Positions 35,670 to 47,707 of a stretch of DNA of 64,000 nt are shown in pieces. The stretch comes from Octopus bimaculoides. Its lineage: Eukaryota. How positions within the stretch are numbered: the first letter of the stretch is position 1; the number at the start of each line of letters is the position of its first letter. The notes under the pieces are model-generated. The model saw only the letters and a program-made list of their open reading frames with translations. It searched no databases and was not told where the DNA came from. Position numbers and translations under genes: made by a program. The stretch covers positions 47,887,187-47,951,186 of the forward strand of contig NC_068986.1 of assembly GCF_001194135.2 (NCBI RefSeq), given 5' to 3'.

Positions 35670-36680
35670 AAAAATGTGCGCTCGCGAACGAGTGATGGGG
35701 GAGATGTGTCTGAGCAGCTCCATTTGGAGAAGGCACTGCTCACCCGGAGGATGGGGAGTTTCTAGAACAGGTGAATAAAAAATTGCCCGTCTTTCTATAT
35801 CTGGTCAGTTTAGCGCGACTGACGGATGTCCACCCTGCGCTCGAAAAACAAAGAGACTTATTTACAAAATTTGGATGGAACTTGAACATTTCAGGTTGTA
35901 ATGTGCGCACTCTGTTGGATAACATGAGCGATTATAGGCCTGAAAGACGCACTTGTTGCTCGCGAGCTGAACCGTTATAACATTGATATAGCTGCACTTT
36001 CAGAGACTCATATTGAAGGTGATGGTCAGCTTGAGGAAGTAGGAGGTGGATACACCTTTTCTGGGAAATGGAGGCAGACGGGGGATCGCAGAAAAGCTAA
36101 TGTTGGCCTTGCAGTTCGATCTGATATCCTTAAGAAGTTGGAGGAGCTTCCTGTTCCTATAAATGAACGACTAATGACTCTACGATTTCACCTGAAAGGT
36201 GGGCAGTTTGCTAATCTAATAAGTGCCTATGCACTTACTTTAACTAGCTGTGATGAAGATACAAGTACTTTTATACCCAACTGAGAGCCATACTTATGAA
36301 AATCCCTAATTCTGATAAGGTCGTTCTACTGGGGGATTTCAATGCCAGGGTTGGAACTGGCTGGCAAACATGGAACTCTCTAGGACGTTTTCCAGTAGGG
36401 AAAATGAGTAGCAATGGTCTCATGCTGCTTGAGCTTTGCGATGAACATGGACTTTACATCGCAAGCACTCATTTTATGCACAAAGATGATCACATGACAA
36501 CGTGGATGCATCCAAGGTCTAAAGTTTGGCACTTGCTGGATTATGTCATCAACCGCAAGCGTGACAGCTATACATTTGTAATGTCAAGTCCTTTCATGGA
36601 TCGGAATGCTGTACAGACCACAGTCTGGTGCGAGCAAACATCCAGATGATGATTAGAGTGAAAGAGAGAAGAGGGCCAGT
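35670..36680 (+). mobile_element. RTE-clade LINE 5' part (APE endonuclease), degenerate
   Basis: Translates LNISGCNVRTLLD...RPERRT..ARELNRYNIDIAALSET...GYTF...VGLAVR...INERLMTLR...LISAYA...VVLLGDFNARVG...NGLMLLELC...TWMHPRSKVWHLLDYVI...TDHSLV, with frameshifts. Confidence 0.92.
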
Positions 36681-36689
36681 CAGCATTTT

Positions 36690-37415
36690 TCGGTATCTGA
36701 ATGTCCACTATATCTAAATAGATATATCGAATCTGGCATAATTGGATTGAAAAGAATCCCAATTGGTATCCAGATAAAGTTCGGGATGGACGTGCACAAG
36801 CACTACTGGAATTTCTTGAATCTTGTCAGGCCGGCATTAGAGAAAGCCTTAAAACAAGTGGAATGAAGTCCTGGAATAACCTCACAAATTCCCAACGTTA
36901 CGCACTCCGACGTCTAGCTAATGACGATTCTATTGTTATTAAGATGGCGGATAAGGGAGGTGCTATCGTAATTATGGACAAAAGTGAGTATATTTCAGCT
37001 TCTGAAGAAGTTTTAAATGACAAAACTTCGTATGAAGAACTACCTGTCGATCCAAACCCCAATTACAGAGAGGAACTTGACAAAATAATTCTGGAAATGG
37101 AGGAAAACAATTTCGTTAATAAGGCTGAATCTAAGATTATTTTATGGTCACCCTAAAATACACAAAAAGTTCGAAAGATTTCCTCCAATGCGCCCAATTT
37201 GCAGCGGATATGAATGTTGCACGGCCAAAATTTCGGGATAGCTGGATGGCTTTCTACTCCTCGTCGCAAAACGATCAAGTTCCTATATTCGGGATACCTT
37301 TGATTTTGTATCTAAAATCAACAACTTTTTAAGCACCGAGGCCGTATTGAGAACTGTTTTTTTTATAACCATGGATGTTTCTTCCTCATATCCCAATATT
37401 GACCACAATGAAGGT
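36690..37415 (+). mobile_element. Penelope-like element (PLE) reverse transcriptase N-terminal half, degenerate
   Basis: NNLTNSQRYALRRL...IVIKMADKGGAIVIMDK.EY; FYGHPKIHK...PMRPICSG; SYIRDTFDF; MDVSSSYPNIDHNEG. These are PLE RT motifs 0-4. Confidence 0.9.
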
Positions 37416-37444
37416 TACACACAATATTTTCTGAGAAAATGGAG

Positions 37445-38190
37445 GTTATGATACGCTGTTTCAACGCTTCTATGACTGTCCCAAATCCTTTCTCTTTGAC
37501 TAAGTATTTTTTCTCAGGGGATGATGTAAATCTTGTGTTTCCTAACCTGTTCAGTTTCTAGGCTTCTATTCTAGTCAGATCTTGTCTTAAGGTCTTCATT
37601 TATTTTGAAATCTCCTTTTCCACTTTTGCTCTTTTCTAATCTTTCCTTATTACTACTACCCCTCCTGCATAGATCAATAAATTAGTGTCTCCTCTATTTT
37701 TAGTAGCTATTCTCCAGATAACAGAATCTACTTTCTTAGTCATATCTAGCACCATCCTTTTGTTGATATCTTTCAATGTTGGCAATTTTTCTCTTACTTC
37801 TTTACTCATTACTTCCTGCAACTCATCTAAAATCTTCTGATCTTCCTCACTTAAATCGTTGGTGCCAGTTGTCCTCATTGGTAGCGCTATTATTATTCTT
37901 GATAGGTTCTTCTTTGGTTTGAACTGTATCTCTTACGTTGTTGTTTGTCTTTCCTACTGCCTGGTTTTTCTTTTCCAGTTCTCTTGTGTTCTCTTCCATA
38001 TTCAATTCTGTCATCCACTTTCTTCTTCTAACAGCATTAGCTTGGTCTACTCGTCTCTACTCAGTCACCTTCAACATACCCTTCTCTACCCAAAGTGTTA
38101 ACATCTGTTTTTGATAACCCTTTCTTTTAAGTTCACTTATTAAGTAACACTGCACCACTATCCTGTTTTCTTCGCTGGTCTATTTCCTCC
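37445..38190 (-). mobile_element. R4/Dong-clade non-LTR retrotransposon N-terminal ORF remnant
   Basis: Translates VQCYLISELKRKGYQKQMLTLWVEKGMLKVTE*RRVDQANAVRRRKWMTEL...LPTLK...TNLLIYAGGVVV...LRQDLTRIE...KKYLVKEKGFGTVIEALKQRI, typical of the R4/Dong/Rex6 pre-RT region. Confidence 0.8.
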
Positions 38191-38535
38191 TTACTCTATT
38201 ATCTGTTGATGTTGTCTTAAGATAACAACTGCAGTCAGACTGCATCTTTACCGAACCACTGCCGAGCGAGAGGCGTTCCCTTAAAGGCTAACCTCATTTT
38301 CATGTGAACTCCGGTCTCTCATAAATTGAGGTAAGGTTACTTTCATCACCATCGTCATCACCATTCTTATTTTATGACATTTGATAATTACAACTAACTT
38401 TCTGTTGCATCTCCTGCTGCATTTTCGTGCTGGTGTGTGTTTCATTTCTTTTTTCCTCTTGGGGAATATTGTATTGCATCAGTATGTCCTGTTACGGGGT
38501 TTGGTGTGAGTCTCCTGTTGCTATAGATTTTGTAT

Positions 38536-38885
38536 TGCTTAGCAGTATTTCGCCCGTCGCTACGTTCTGAGTTCAAAATCCGCCGAGGTTGACTTTGCCT
38601 TTCATCCTTTCGGGGTTGATAAAATAAGTACCAGTTACGCACTGGGGTTGATGTAATCGACTTAATCCCTTCCCTCAAATTTCAGGCCTTGTGCCTACAG
38701 TAGAAAGGATTGTTATCATTATTAAGGTAGCGAGCTGACAGAACCATTTACACGCTGAACAAAATGCTTAGCGGCAGTTCGTCGGTCTTTACGTTCTGAG
38801 TTCAAATTCTGCTAAGGTTGACTTTGCTTTCATTATTTAGGGGATCTATAGATTGAATACTGGGGTCGCTGTAATCGACTTACCC
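38536..38885 (+). mobile_element. Two tandem SINE A copies
   Basis: ACGTTCTGAGTTCAAA..GAGGTTGACTTTGC motifs at about 38560 and 38790. Confidence 0.85.
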
Positions 38886-39578
38886 CACCACCATTATTAT
38901 GTTCTCCGCTCTCTTCTGGAAAATGAGACGATAAACAACCAGTTGAAGTAGAAATTTTACTTTAAAAATGAAAGCTGACAGTTTTCTTTTAAAATAATGA
39001 TGCTTTTGATGATGAGTTCTATAATTAGTCAAAGAAGCACAACCCAATTTTCGCCTCCATTTAGTGTATCCATAGTAAGTCAAGTTAGTGTTGACATGTT
39101 TAATACAGAGGGCATTACAAAGCAAAAGTATCTAGAAATAATAAACTAGAAAAGTAACTAGAAATAATTATGAAGAGTTAATATCGGATGGAGAATTAAT
39201 ACAATGTTAGTTAACCTTTTAACACACACATTTTTTTTCAATTTCAATGCAAAAATAATATAATTTTTTAAAACTTTTTATTTGAATCTGTATGTAAGGA
39301 ACAATAAGTACACAAAGAAGAATAAGTACACAAATTATTTTGGATCAGTTATGATTCATTATGAAGTTACTAACACCTCAACTTTCATGAAAATTTTATG
39401 CCAAATTACATCGAATTTTTTTTTTTTTTTTTTTTTTTAGAATAAATAGTGAAATAAACTGAAATTACAGAGAAATCATTTTACGAAGCATTGTTGAAAG
39501 AAAAAGAAAATAATATTAGAAAGACAATTTGTTTATCATTTTTTTTTTAAATGGATATATTTTAAATGGATATATTTC

Positions 39579-39703
39579 ATTGCAGCGTAGAAGGTGTTTA
39601 TAAGCCATTTAAGAAACATACAAGATCCGTCAGATTCACTTCAACATTTAAACGGTTTCCGTGTGTTTCTTAAATGGCTTATAAACACCTTCCATGCTGC
39701 AAT
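39579..39703. mobile_element. Palindromic MITE-like remnant, 43-bp arms
   Basis: ATTGCAGCGTAGAAGGTGTTTATAAGCCATTTAAGAAACATAC (39579-39621) versus the reverse complement of 39661-39703: 40/43 identical. Confidence 0.7.
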
Positions 39704-39736
39704 TGTTTTCGTTCCAGCACACGATCTCAGATCAGG

Positions 39737-40250
39737 TCACTTGCTATGCAAGTACATCTCCGAGAAGTCTTGAGATGTATGGCATATTTTGAAACAAGGG
39801 GCAACACAAAGGCCAACATCACACTCAGGACAAAAGTATCTGCTTTCTCTTTGAATTTTCTTTTCAGTTGCATCTCTTTTTCGATTGCAGACAGCACAAA
39901 CTCATGACAGACTCTTCTTCTTTTCAGTTGAAGGAATGTTATCTGGGAAATGTTTTCTGTGAGACGAGCCAAGGAGGGTTTCATTCTAGAGCGTCCTGGC
40001 TTGCGAGATGTTACGCTGGGTTGCTTCTCTTGCAGGATCTTCTCAATCGCTTGAACCCTAAAGTGCTAAGGTTTTTTGCTCCCTCCGGACATCTTGTACA
40101 GATTATAAGGGTTATATAAGGCTATATCAATGATGTGAAAAACATTTTTTAATAATACCTTATTCTTCTCTTCCTTGGAATTGGATAATCAGCCAAGTAT
40201 TGGTCGACTCTACGTCTCCCATCGTATTGTCATAATTCATCACTACTTTG
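39737..40250 (-). mobile_element. piggyBac transposase C-terminal remnant
   Basis: Translates MNYDNTMGDVD/RVDQYLADYPIPRKRRIRYY*KMFFHIIDIALYN...RLTE/HFPDNIPSTEKKK...CAVCNRKRD...RESRYFCPECDVGLCVAPCFKICHT: the catalytic-tail motif plus the Cys-rich domain. Confidence 0.88.
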
Positions 40251-40399
40251 AGCCCCTTTTCTCTACTTCTCTACTTCAATCATCTTTGTATTATGAATGG
40301 TAACGTATATTTTCGTTCAAATATTTATTTAATAGATATCTCTGAACGATAGTATAAGGGATATGTTAAGAGGTTAATGGTTAATATTATTGAAATTAT

Positions 40400-40560
40400 T
40401 AAGGCGGCCAGCTGGCAGAATCGTTAGCACGCCGGGCGAACTGCTTGGCGGTATTTCGTACGTCTTTACGATCTGAGATCAGATTCTGCCAAGGTTGATT
40501 TTACCTTTCAACCATTCGGTGACGATATAATAAGCACCAATTGAGCATTGAGGTCGATAT
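40400..40560 (+). mobile_element. SINE A
   Basis: AAGGCGGCCAGCTGGCAGAATCGTTAGCACGCCGGGCGAA... Confidence 0.85.
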
Positions 40561-40565
40561 ATGTG

Positions 40566-40765
40566 TGAGGTGTTATGAAAACCCCGCAATGTAACACAGT
40601 TGAAAGACATCATTCAGGATGAATGGAGGTCGATTTCATCGGTTATATGCGGAAATTTTGTCGACTCTATGCCCAGAATACTTAACGCAGTCAATGAAAG
40701 CAGAGGAGGTCGCATCAAATATTGAATATAGCAAGTAATCACTTAGGGTGTACATATTTTTGTAT
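40566..40765 (+). mobile_element. Tc1 transposase 3' end remnant
   Basis: VRCYENPRNVTQLKDIIQDEWRSISSVICGNFVDSMPRILNAVNESRGGRIKY-stop (40725), followed by TIR-like GGGTGTACATATTTTTG. Confidence 0.8.
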
Positions 40766-41037
40766 CGTATGAAAATTAATATTTCGTTCATATCTTTGAA
40801 AATGCAATAATTTTCGACCAGTCACCAAAGAAACGTGAGGTCTGGCATTATTCTGTTGGAGAACAACATCTTTCCTGTGATAGTATGTTGTCAACTTAAT
40901 GTGACAGTCCCATGAAAAGGAAGAATGTTACTGTTATTTAACCCTAGGAAACACCGTTTCTTGTTGGACTTGACACATTTCCTGTGTCCTTATGTTTCCA
41001 AAGTGGAGACAAGCACTTCCAACCATCAAAGCCAGCA

Positions 41038-41080
41038 TCCAGAGACTAGTTTCAGAGTTGTTGCTCATCATCAGCCTGGA
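41038..41080 (-). ncRNA. Minimal type I hammerhead ribozyme motif
   Basis: - strand TCCAGG CTGATGA T GAG CAACAA CTC T GAAA CTA GTC TCTGGA. Stem I is 6 bp (one G.U), the core is intact, stem III is the palindrome ACTAGT and the triplet is GUC. The 10.1-11.1 pair is U/U rather than G-C. Confidence 0.6.
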
Positions 41081-41379
41081 GTAGCATGGCTTCCAAGCTT
41101 TATTCTTTATTATGAGCATATAGCTCTTACAAAGAAGGGACGAATAAAGACAGACAAAAACAATATAGTAGGGTACATAGAACATAAATCGAATTAATAT
41201 GAATATAGTGATATAATGAAAAATGAAATGTCTTACTTGCGCCTCACACGCAAGCAGTGTCATTTAACTGTTTATGCAATACATGTTCGTGAACTGTTTA
41301 TTGTTCTTCTTTTTTCATAAATATATTTTAATTTTGCAAATTTTACTTACTTTTTATTCAATCGACAATGTATTGCGCA

Positions 41380-41475
41380 ATGTCTTCCAATGTCGCTACC
41401 GGTGGCCAGTTTGTCACATCAAATCCACAACTCCGATGATTCAATCCGTTCACCGAACAATTCCTTCAGGTTATC

Positions 41476-41528
<53 letters not shown>

Positions 41529-42990
41529 GTAAAACCGCCTTGTCGTTCTCTATATTCACTTCCCGATATCTTAACTCTAATAACATTTTTCATCTTCGTA
41601 ATCCTCTTCTCTATCTCTATTCTCTTCTTGTATTCCACCATCTTCCTCACATTTCTTCTTTTCGGCACCTCTTCCCGCTTTCCATCTCCACTCTCTCCCA
41701 ATGTTCCTGGTACTTGAGTGTCCATCTTACTCCCACTCTTCGTTGTTGCTTCCTTCCCTTTCTGCATACTTTCTGTTTCTTTTGTTCTCTCTTTTGCAAT
41801 TTTCTTTTTTGCTTCTTCTGCACCTTCTATCTACATCTCCAAATTGCCTTTTCTCTTTTTTTTTTTTTTTTTGAGGGGTTTTTGGAGGTGAGAATGCATT
41901 TTCCTCCTTTTATTTCTTTCTCTTTCCGACTGGGTATTTCCCTTCTACTGTTTTCATTACTTCCTTTACCTGGCCTTGCGCCAGCACACCTTGCTCTACC
42001 TCCTCCTCCTCCTCCTCCTGTTCTACCTCTTGTTCCACTTCTTGTTTCTGGGGACACCTCGCCTGCATGTGACCCCGTATTCCACAGTGGTAGCAGATGG
42101 GAGGACTTCCCTCCACTACCACTCTTAGTTTGACCTCTTCTGGCTACACAATCTCATCCAGAATTTTATGCAGATCCGGGACACTGATTTGGACCGTCAC
42201 CTCAAGGCCGTATCCAAACCAGTTCATCTCTGTTGTCCTCGTGACCTTCAGAACATTGGTTTCCTCCTCCGCGTTGAAGAAGATGGCCGCCACCAGCCAC
42301 GTTTCATCAATTTCTGGGGGCACTCTGCCAATCCTAAATCTGGTCGCACGTTTGTCACAGTAGGTTGACAGTAGTGCCCTCTCATCTGACCTTAATGGCA
42401 CAGTAGAGCACTTTATTTCATCTTGTTCAGTCGCAAACCGTACCTCCACTGTGCCGTACCTCTTGCCTCTGGTGTAATACGTCGTAAGGTGCTTCATCTC
42501 ATTGACGCACTCCTCCATTGCTTCAATAGTTGCTATGTCCACCTTTTTGTGGATGTTAGACAGTGTTCTAAAGACAACCGTTCTTTTCGCTGTTTCCTCC
42601 AATATTTCTTTTGGAGGGGTCAGTCTCATGGTGCTTCCTTTTTTAGCAATTAGCCCGATAGCTTTTTTAGTCTTCGTTCGTCGAATTTTACTTCGTTGAC
42701 CTGCACAACGTCGCTATTTACACCCTTCCTGCTGCTATAGCATAGCTGACGGCTGGTTGAGTGTCCATAAATTCGTTGGTCACAAATGATATGAAAATTT
42801 CCAGAAATTGTCTTCACAAAATCACAGTTCAATAAATTTACAGAAATTTTCTACCCCGTAGGGCAAAAATTACAGTTTTCCACAGGAAAACAGTTCAAAT
42901 TCCAATAAAATTTTCAATTCAAACATAACATGAATTCGCAATAACAGACTCCCAGACAGAGAAGAATATAACAAATTCGCAATAACAGAC
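41380..42990 (-). mobile_element. L1/Tx1-like ORF1 (RRM-like region + CCHC zinc knuckle) with 5' leader, copy 1
   Basis: ORF 42144-42629 (RGKRYGTVEVRF...RIGRVPPEIDETWLVAAI), then CYHCGIRGHMQARC (Cx2Cx4Hx4C) and a low-complexity acidic/basic region. Homologous to 58190-59690. Confidence 0.75.
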
Positions 42991-43480
42991 TCCCAAACGT
43001 AGAAGAATTGGAGTGAGGTGGCAGACAGGGCGGAGGCCCTAGTCCGGACCCGGTCCGGAAGGTCTCTGTCCCTGAAAGGAAGGGCGGAGGTGGTACAGGT
43101 GTTTATTGCATCTGTCATCACCNNNNNNNNNNNNNNNNNNNNNNNNNNNNNNNNNNNNNNNNNNNNNNNNNNNNNNNNNNNNNNNNNNNNNNNNNNNNNN
43201 NNNNNNNNNNNNNNNNNNNNNNNNNNNNNNNNNNNNNNNNNNNNNNNNNNNNNNNNNNNNNNNNNNNNNNNNNNNNNNNNNNNNNNNNNNNNNNNNNNNN
43301 NNNNNNNNNNNNNNNNNNNNNAAGACAGGCAAGGCTGGCAGTGGGAATATCACCTCGGTTTTGTATAGAGGGATGGTGGTGTATAAAAACGATGACGCCC
43401 TAGGAGGGGTTCTGGGGTTCGATGAGAACCAACTTACCAACCTGTTCAAAAAAACTTTCGGGTCAGGGTATTTGTTTAAT
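42990..43480 (+). mobile_element. L1/Tx1-like ORF2 late fragment (post-RT)
   Basis: EKNWSEVADRAEALVRTRSGRSLSLKGRAEV (W..R.LSL.GR motif). After the gap, LYRGMV...DDALGGVLGFDENQLTNLFKKTFG. Confidence 0.65.
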
Positions 43481-43749
43481 GTCTTGATTTGGTCGTCATC
43501 TAAAGTGGGAGAGGGTCTGCCTGAGCTTTCTTCACCAATAAAGCTGGAGGCTGGAGATGGGAAAGATGACTTCCCTTTGCAAATACTGATAGGGCACAGA
43601 AAGTGTGTCAATAGCCAGCTGGAGGAGATGTCTTCCTGGGGCAACAAGCTACAGTAGCATCAACCCTTAAGGGTTAGCCATATTTAGGTGGCAAATATAC
43701 TTCACGATGGCGTGCAGCTACTGTTTATACCTCGCTCAGAGATTTATTA

Positions 43750-44102
43750 AAGCTACAATCACCAGCTCTAAACTTAGCGCACCACGTCCGTACAGTCCTG
43801 TCAGCTAAAGCACCTTCACCGTACACAGCACGTATCTTTTTTGTTGCTTGCGAAGCATTTTTGCCTTTACGGTAATAGAAAAGCATCAAGTGTCTAAAAC
43901 GCACCTGATAAACTTTCATTTTCTTAGGGATGCAAAATTGACACGCATTAAGTAATTTTAAATTTTCTTTCTCAAGAGATAGTTTGAAGTGTATGCTAAC
44001 CAGAAATATAAGCATATTATATGTGCCATAAATTTAACGTGTTTTAACGTGTTGGAACATGAACGACTAAAAATCGGCATGAACTTTCCGGACAACTCAA
44101 TA
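43750..44102 (-). mobile_element. mariner 5' end with TIR and HTH domain
   Basis: TA-terminated TIR TATTGAGTTGTCCGGAAAGTTCATGCCGATTTTT (44069-44102). ATG at 43919: MKVYQVRFRHLMLFYYRKGKNASQATKKIRAVYGEGALADRTVRTWCAKFRAGD. Confidence 0.9.
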
Positions 44103-44200
44103 CAATAAAGCTTTGTTAGCAAGCGAATTCAAAACGAAAATTACCTACACACTTCAATCTCATCTCAATAAAGACATTTCAAATATAAATGAAGTTTCTC

Positions 44201-44590
44201 TATATTGTGTGGTTCACACAATCCTTTTCACACTATGTAAAATTAAATATTAGCAAGCGACGTCATAACTCTAACAGACAAACACTTCCCTCCTGACCAC
44301 AGGTATAAGCCTTTTAACAGTTGCAACTTTAAAACTAATTATATCTACATTACGAACATTAAAAAAATATCATACTCACAGGCACACATCATGAAAACCG
44401 GAGTAGGAGCCCAAACACATACGCAACGGTCAAATCCTGCGATACAAAATGTGTTTTTTTGTTATGAAGCAGAGGTCACCTTCATAAAAACCAAACCAAC
44501 GAGTGACATATAAACGCTACTTTTAGCATATAAGATAAACAGAAAACTTCAAAATTAATTGACCACATTTGGAAATTAAAAGAAAAACAT
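44201..44590 (+). mobile_element. PLE RT-thumb/linker to GIY-YIG remnant
   Basis: Frameshifted translation YIVWFTQSFSHYVKLNI / TLTDKHFPPDHRYKPFNSCNFKTNY..ITNIKKI / YEAEVT / SKLIDHIWKLKEK. This resembles PLE IIWFNPPFS..V.TNIG..F..LIDKHFP..H...KIFN and LS.HIW.LK. Confidence 0.6.
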
Positions 44591-44619
44591 CGCATGAGAG
44601 TATCAAGCGCTAAATAATA

Positions 44620-45664
44620 AAAAGATCCAGCTTTATCAACAGTGCAAAAGTGGACAGCTGATTTTAGAAAGGAACGGAGAGTCTTGAAGATGACCCAATA
44701 TCTGGACGTCCTGCAACTGCCACTACCGAGGAAAACATTGATCGTGGTCACCACATGGTGAGAGATGACAGGTGATTGACTATAAATCAAATAGCCAATG
44801 CTACGTGTATATTCCGTGAGAGAGTTAAGAATATTCTACGTTATGAACTTGGCAAGACGAACGTTTCTGCTCGGTGGGTGTCACGTCTTCTGGCACCTAA
44901 TCAAAAGTGCGCTAATCTGAACAAATCACGGAAGGAATCTGACATTGGTTTAGTCAGATCTAGCTGGTTTCCTTGAATGTCTCCTGACCCAGTATGAGTG
45001 TTCAGCTCATCACTTTGATCCAGTAACAAATAGACAATCCATGCAGTGAGAACACTCCACCTCACCTGCTCCAAAGAAGGCTAAGGTAGTTTCGCCAGCA
45101 GGGAAGTTGATTGCCTCAGTTTTGGGGGATACAAAAAGCTTTGTGTTCACTGACTATCTTCAAAACGGCCACATCATCAATGGAGAGTACTATGCTAATT
45201 TGCTGAGGCAGTTACGAAAGCTCATCAAGACCAAACTCCCGTGAAAACTGACATAAAGGGTCGTTTCACTTGGACAATGCCCCACCACACAAGTCCTTGG
45301 TTTTCAATGTCTACTTTGCGTGACTGTGGCTTTGAACTGGTTGATCACCCATCTATGTCTCCTAATTTCACCTCATATGACTGTCATTTGTTCCTTAACA
45401 TGAAAACGCACTTGGATGGAACCAGTATCGCAGTGATGATGACGTCATGAGATGTAACCAAATGAAGTTCATTTTTCAACATAGTCCCCCTTGCGGTTCG
45501 TACGCAAGGATGGACGTTTCTTTACCAATGGGATCGAAGCACTGCAACAACGACGGAAGAATTCTATGAACCACGGTGTGGGTTATGTTGAAAAATAAAC
45601 CTCATTTGGTCACATTCCATAAGAGTATCTTGATCGGCCTTGAAAGTCTTCAGTTAAAGATCGT
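44620..45664 (+). mobile_element. mariner (DD34D, irritans-like) transposase pseudogene
   Basis: Translates ALSTVQKW...ESLEDDP.SGRPATAT...LTINQIA...VSARWVSRLL...PAPKKAKVVSPAGK...INGEYYANLLRQLR...DNAP..H...VDHP..SP.....DCHLF. Ends in TIR-like ...GATCGTA. Confidence 0.9.
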
Positions 45665-46334
45665 ACAATGAACAACTTAATCATGTCGAAGTATGCGGAA
45701 GTCTTGTTTTTAGTGAAAGATTATTTTCTTTTAAATATTTCTCAAAATTTTTTCATACCATATATGGAATAATGCGGTGACCGCAGAAGCAATAATAGCT
45801 CACGCGACAAGTCAAATCACATTCCTTTATAGAAACATCACCTTACACACACACAGACAAACACCACACACACAGACAAACACCACACACACAGACAAAT
45901 ACCACACACACACACACGCACACACACATACACACTCATGTATACATGCATACAGATATGTACACATATATGTGAGCAAGTATGTATGTGTAGGTTTATC
46001 TATGTGTATGTGTATATACCTTCCCATACAGGTCTGGTGCGCGCGCACACGCACACACACACACACAAATACAGAAGCGTGTGAACCTGAAAAAATATCG
46101 GGTGTTATACCCATGCAAGAAATAATTTCTCCGACCTTTATATTATCTCAGCAAGGTTTAAGAGAATAATTAATTAGATATTCCCATTAATCAATAACTG
46201 TATTGGAACAACACCCAAAACATCTATTACACACGCACACGTACACTCACACACTCACATACACATAGTGTACGCACACATACATGCATGCATATACACA
46301 CATACACACACACACACATACACACACACACACA

Positions 46335-46388
<54 letters not shown>

Positions 46389-47707
46389 TGTGTGTATGCG
46401 TAATAGCAGTATTGGGTGTGGTTCTAATAGAATAATATCTTTCATAACGTTAATGGACAGTCTTCATTAATTTTTCTCTCAAACCTCAGAAATCCGGATG
46501 TAATATGTAAACATTTATAAAATAGTCTTTGACATCTTTTATCAGAATAAAGGTATACAAACAGAGAGAAACCTCACGACGAAAAAAAACATTCAACATG
46601 CGACTGTAAAGGCCGCTTGTATCACATAGAAAATGTCACAGATGTGATCAGCAGCAGGTAAAAATGCCATCAAGACATTACCGTCTTGATGGCATTATAT
46701 ATATATATATATACATCCGACGGACTTCTTTCAGTTTCCGTCAACCAAATCCATTCACAAGGCATTGGCCAAAGATCCTCGAAGTGGGACTGAACCTGGA
46801 ACCATGTGGTTGGTAAGCAAGTTACTTACCACACACCCACATACATATTGTTATATTTCGGGATGGTCTTTTTTTTTTTGCCAAATAAACACACGCACTA
46901 TATATTCGTTTATTACTGCTCTTATTTTATCTTAAGTCCAATAACAAAGAAAATAAATATTCATTTACATACATATCAAGACAATTTCAACAATTCTTAT
47001 TTACACACATACATACCAAACTAGTTTCAAACAAGTTTCAACAAATTGTTGAAGCTAGTTTCAACAATCTTTTGTTTATACAATAATATAAACGTATCTC
47101 AAACAGCAGTTGCTGACGTCACCTATCTCTAAACCACTGAAATTTTACCTCCGATCAGAACCGGACCTTCAGGGGAAAAAACATACCTTTTAAGAGAATC
47201 AAGCAACAGGAACAGTTGATGGCCATCCCCTACATGGAAGTGAACCAGACAGAACGCCAAACTTGACTACCAGAAAGAATAATACTTCATTAGAATTATA
47301 ATGAATCAAAATTTAGATCCGTTTGGAGAAAAACATAACTACACTGATTCCAAAACATTCCGTTAAAAGCGAAAAGTTCTGCACGCGACGGAAAATAGAA
47401 TCAACGCAAAATGACAGAAACTAAAACTAAAAAAAACCTTTTCTTTACTCTTTTTTTCTTATTTTTCTCTCTTAACTCAGTATCATCGAACTTTTAATAA
47501 TCCACATTCTCTATATTTTTCGTCGATCATTTTTGATATTATCTACCCCTGTCATTAAATTTTGTGAACATTTAATCATTTAAACGTGTTTTCTTCTTCG
47601 CAATTTAAAATTCTTTAGTTCCCATTGTTTCATATATGTTTGTACCATTGTTAAACAGAAAATTGTTGAAACTAATTTGCAAACTTTCCAACAAAGATTG
47701 TATGCAA

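Noticed and set aside
35711-35742. HDV-like ribozyme in the RTE 5' leader (TGAGCAG/CTGCTCA with nested CTCC/GGAG hairpin)
   Set aside because: There is no room for P2, P3 and L3 between the P1 strands; it is only a simple hairpin.
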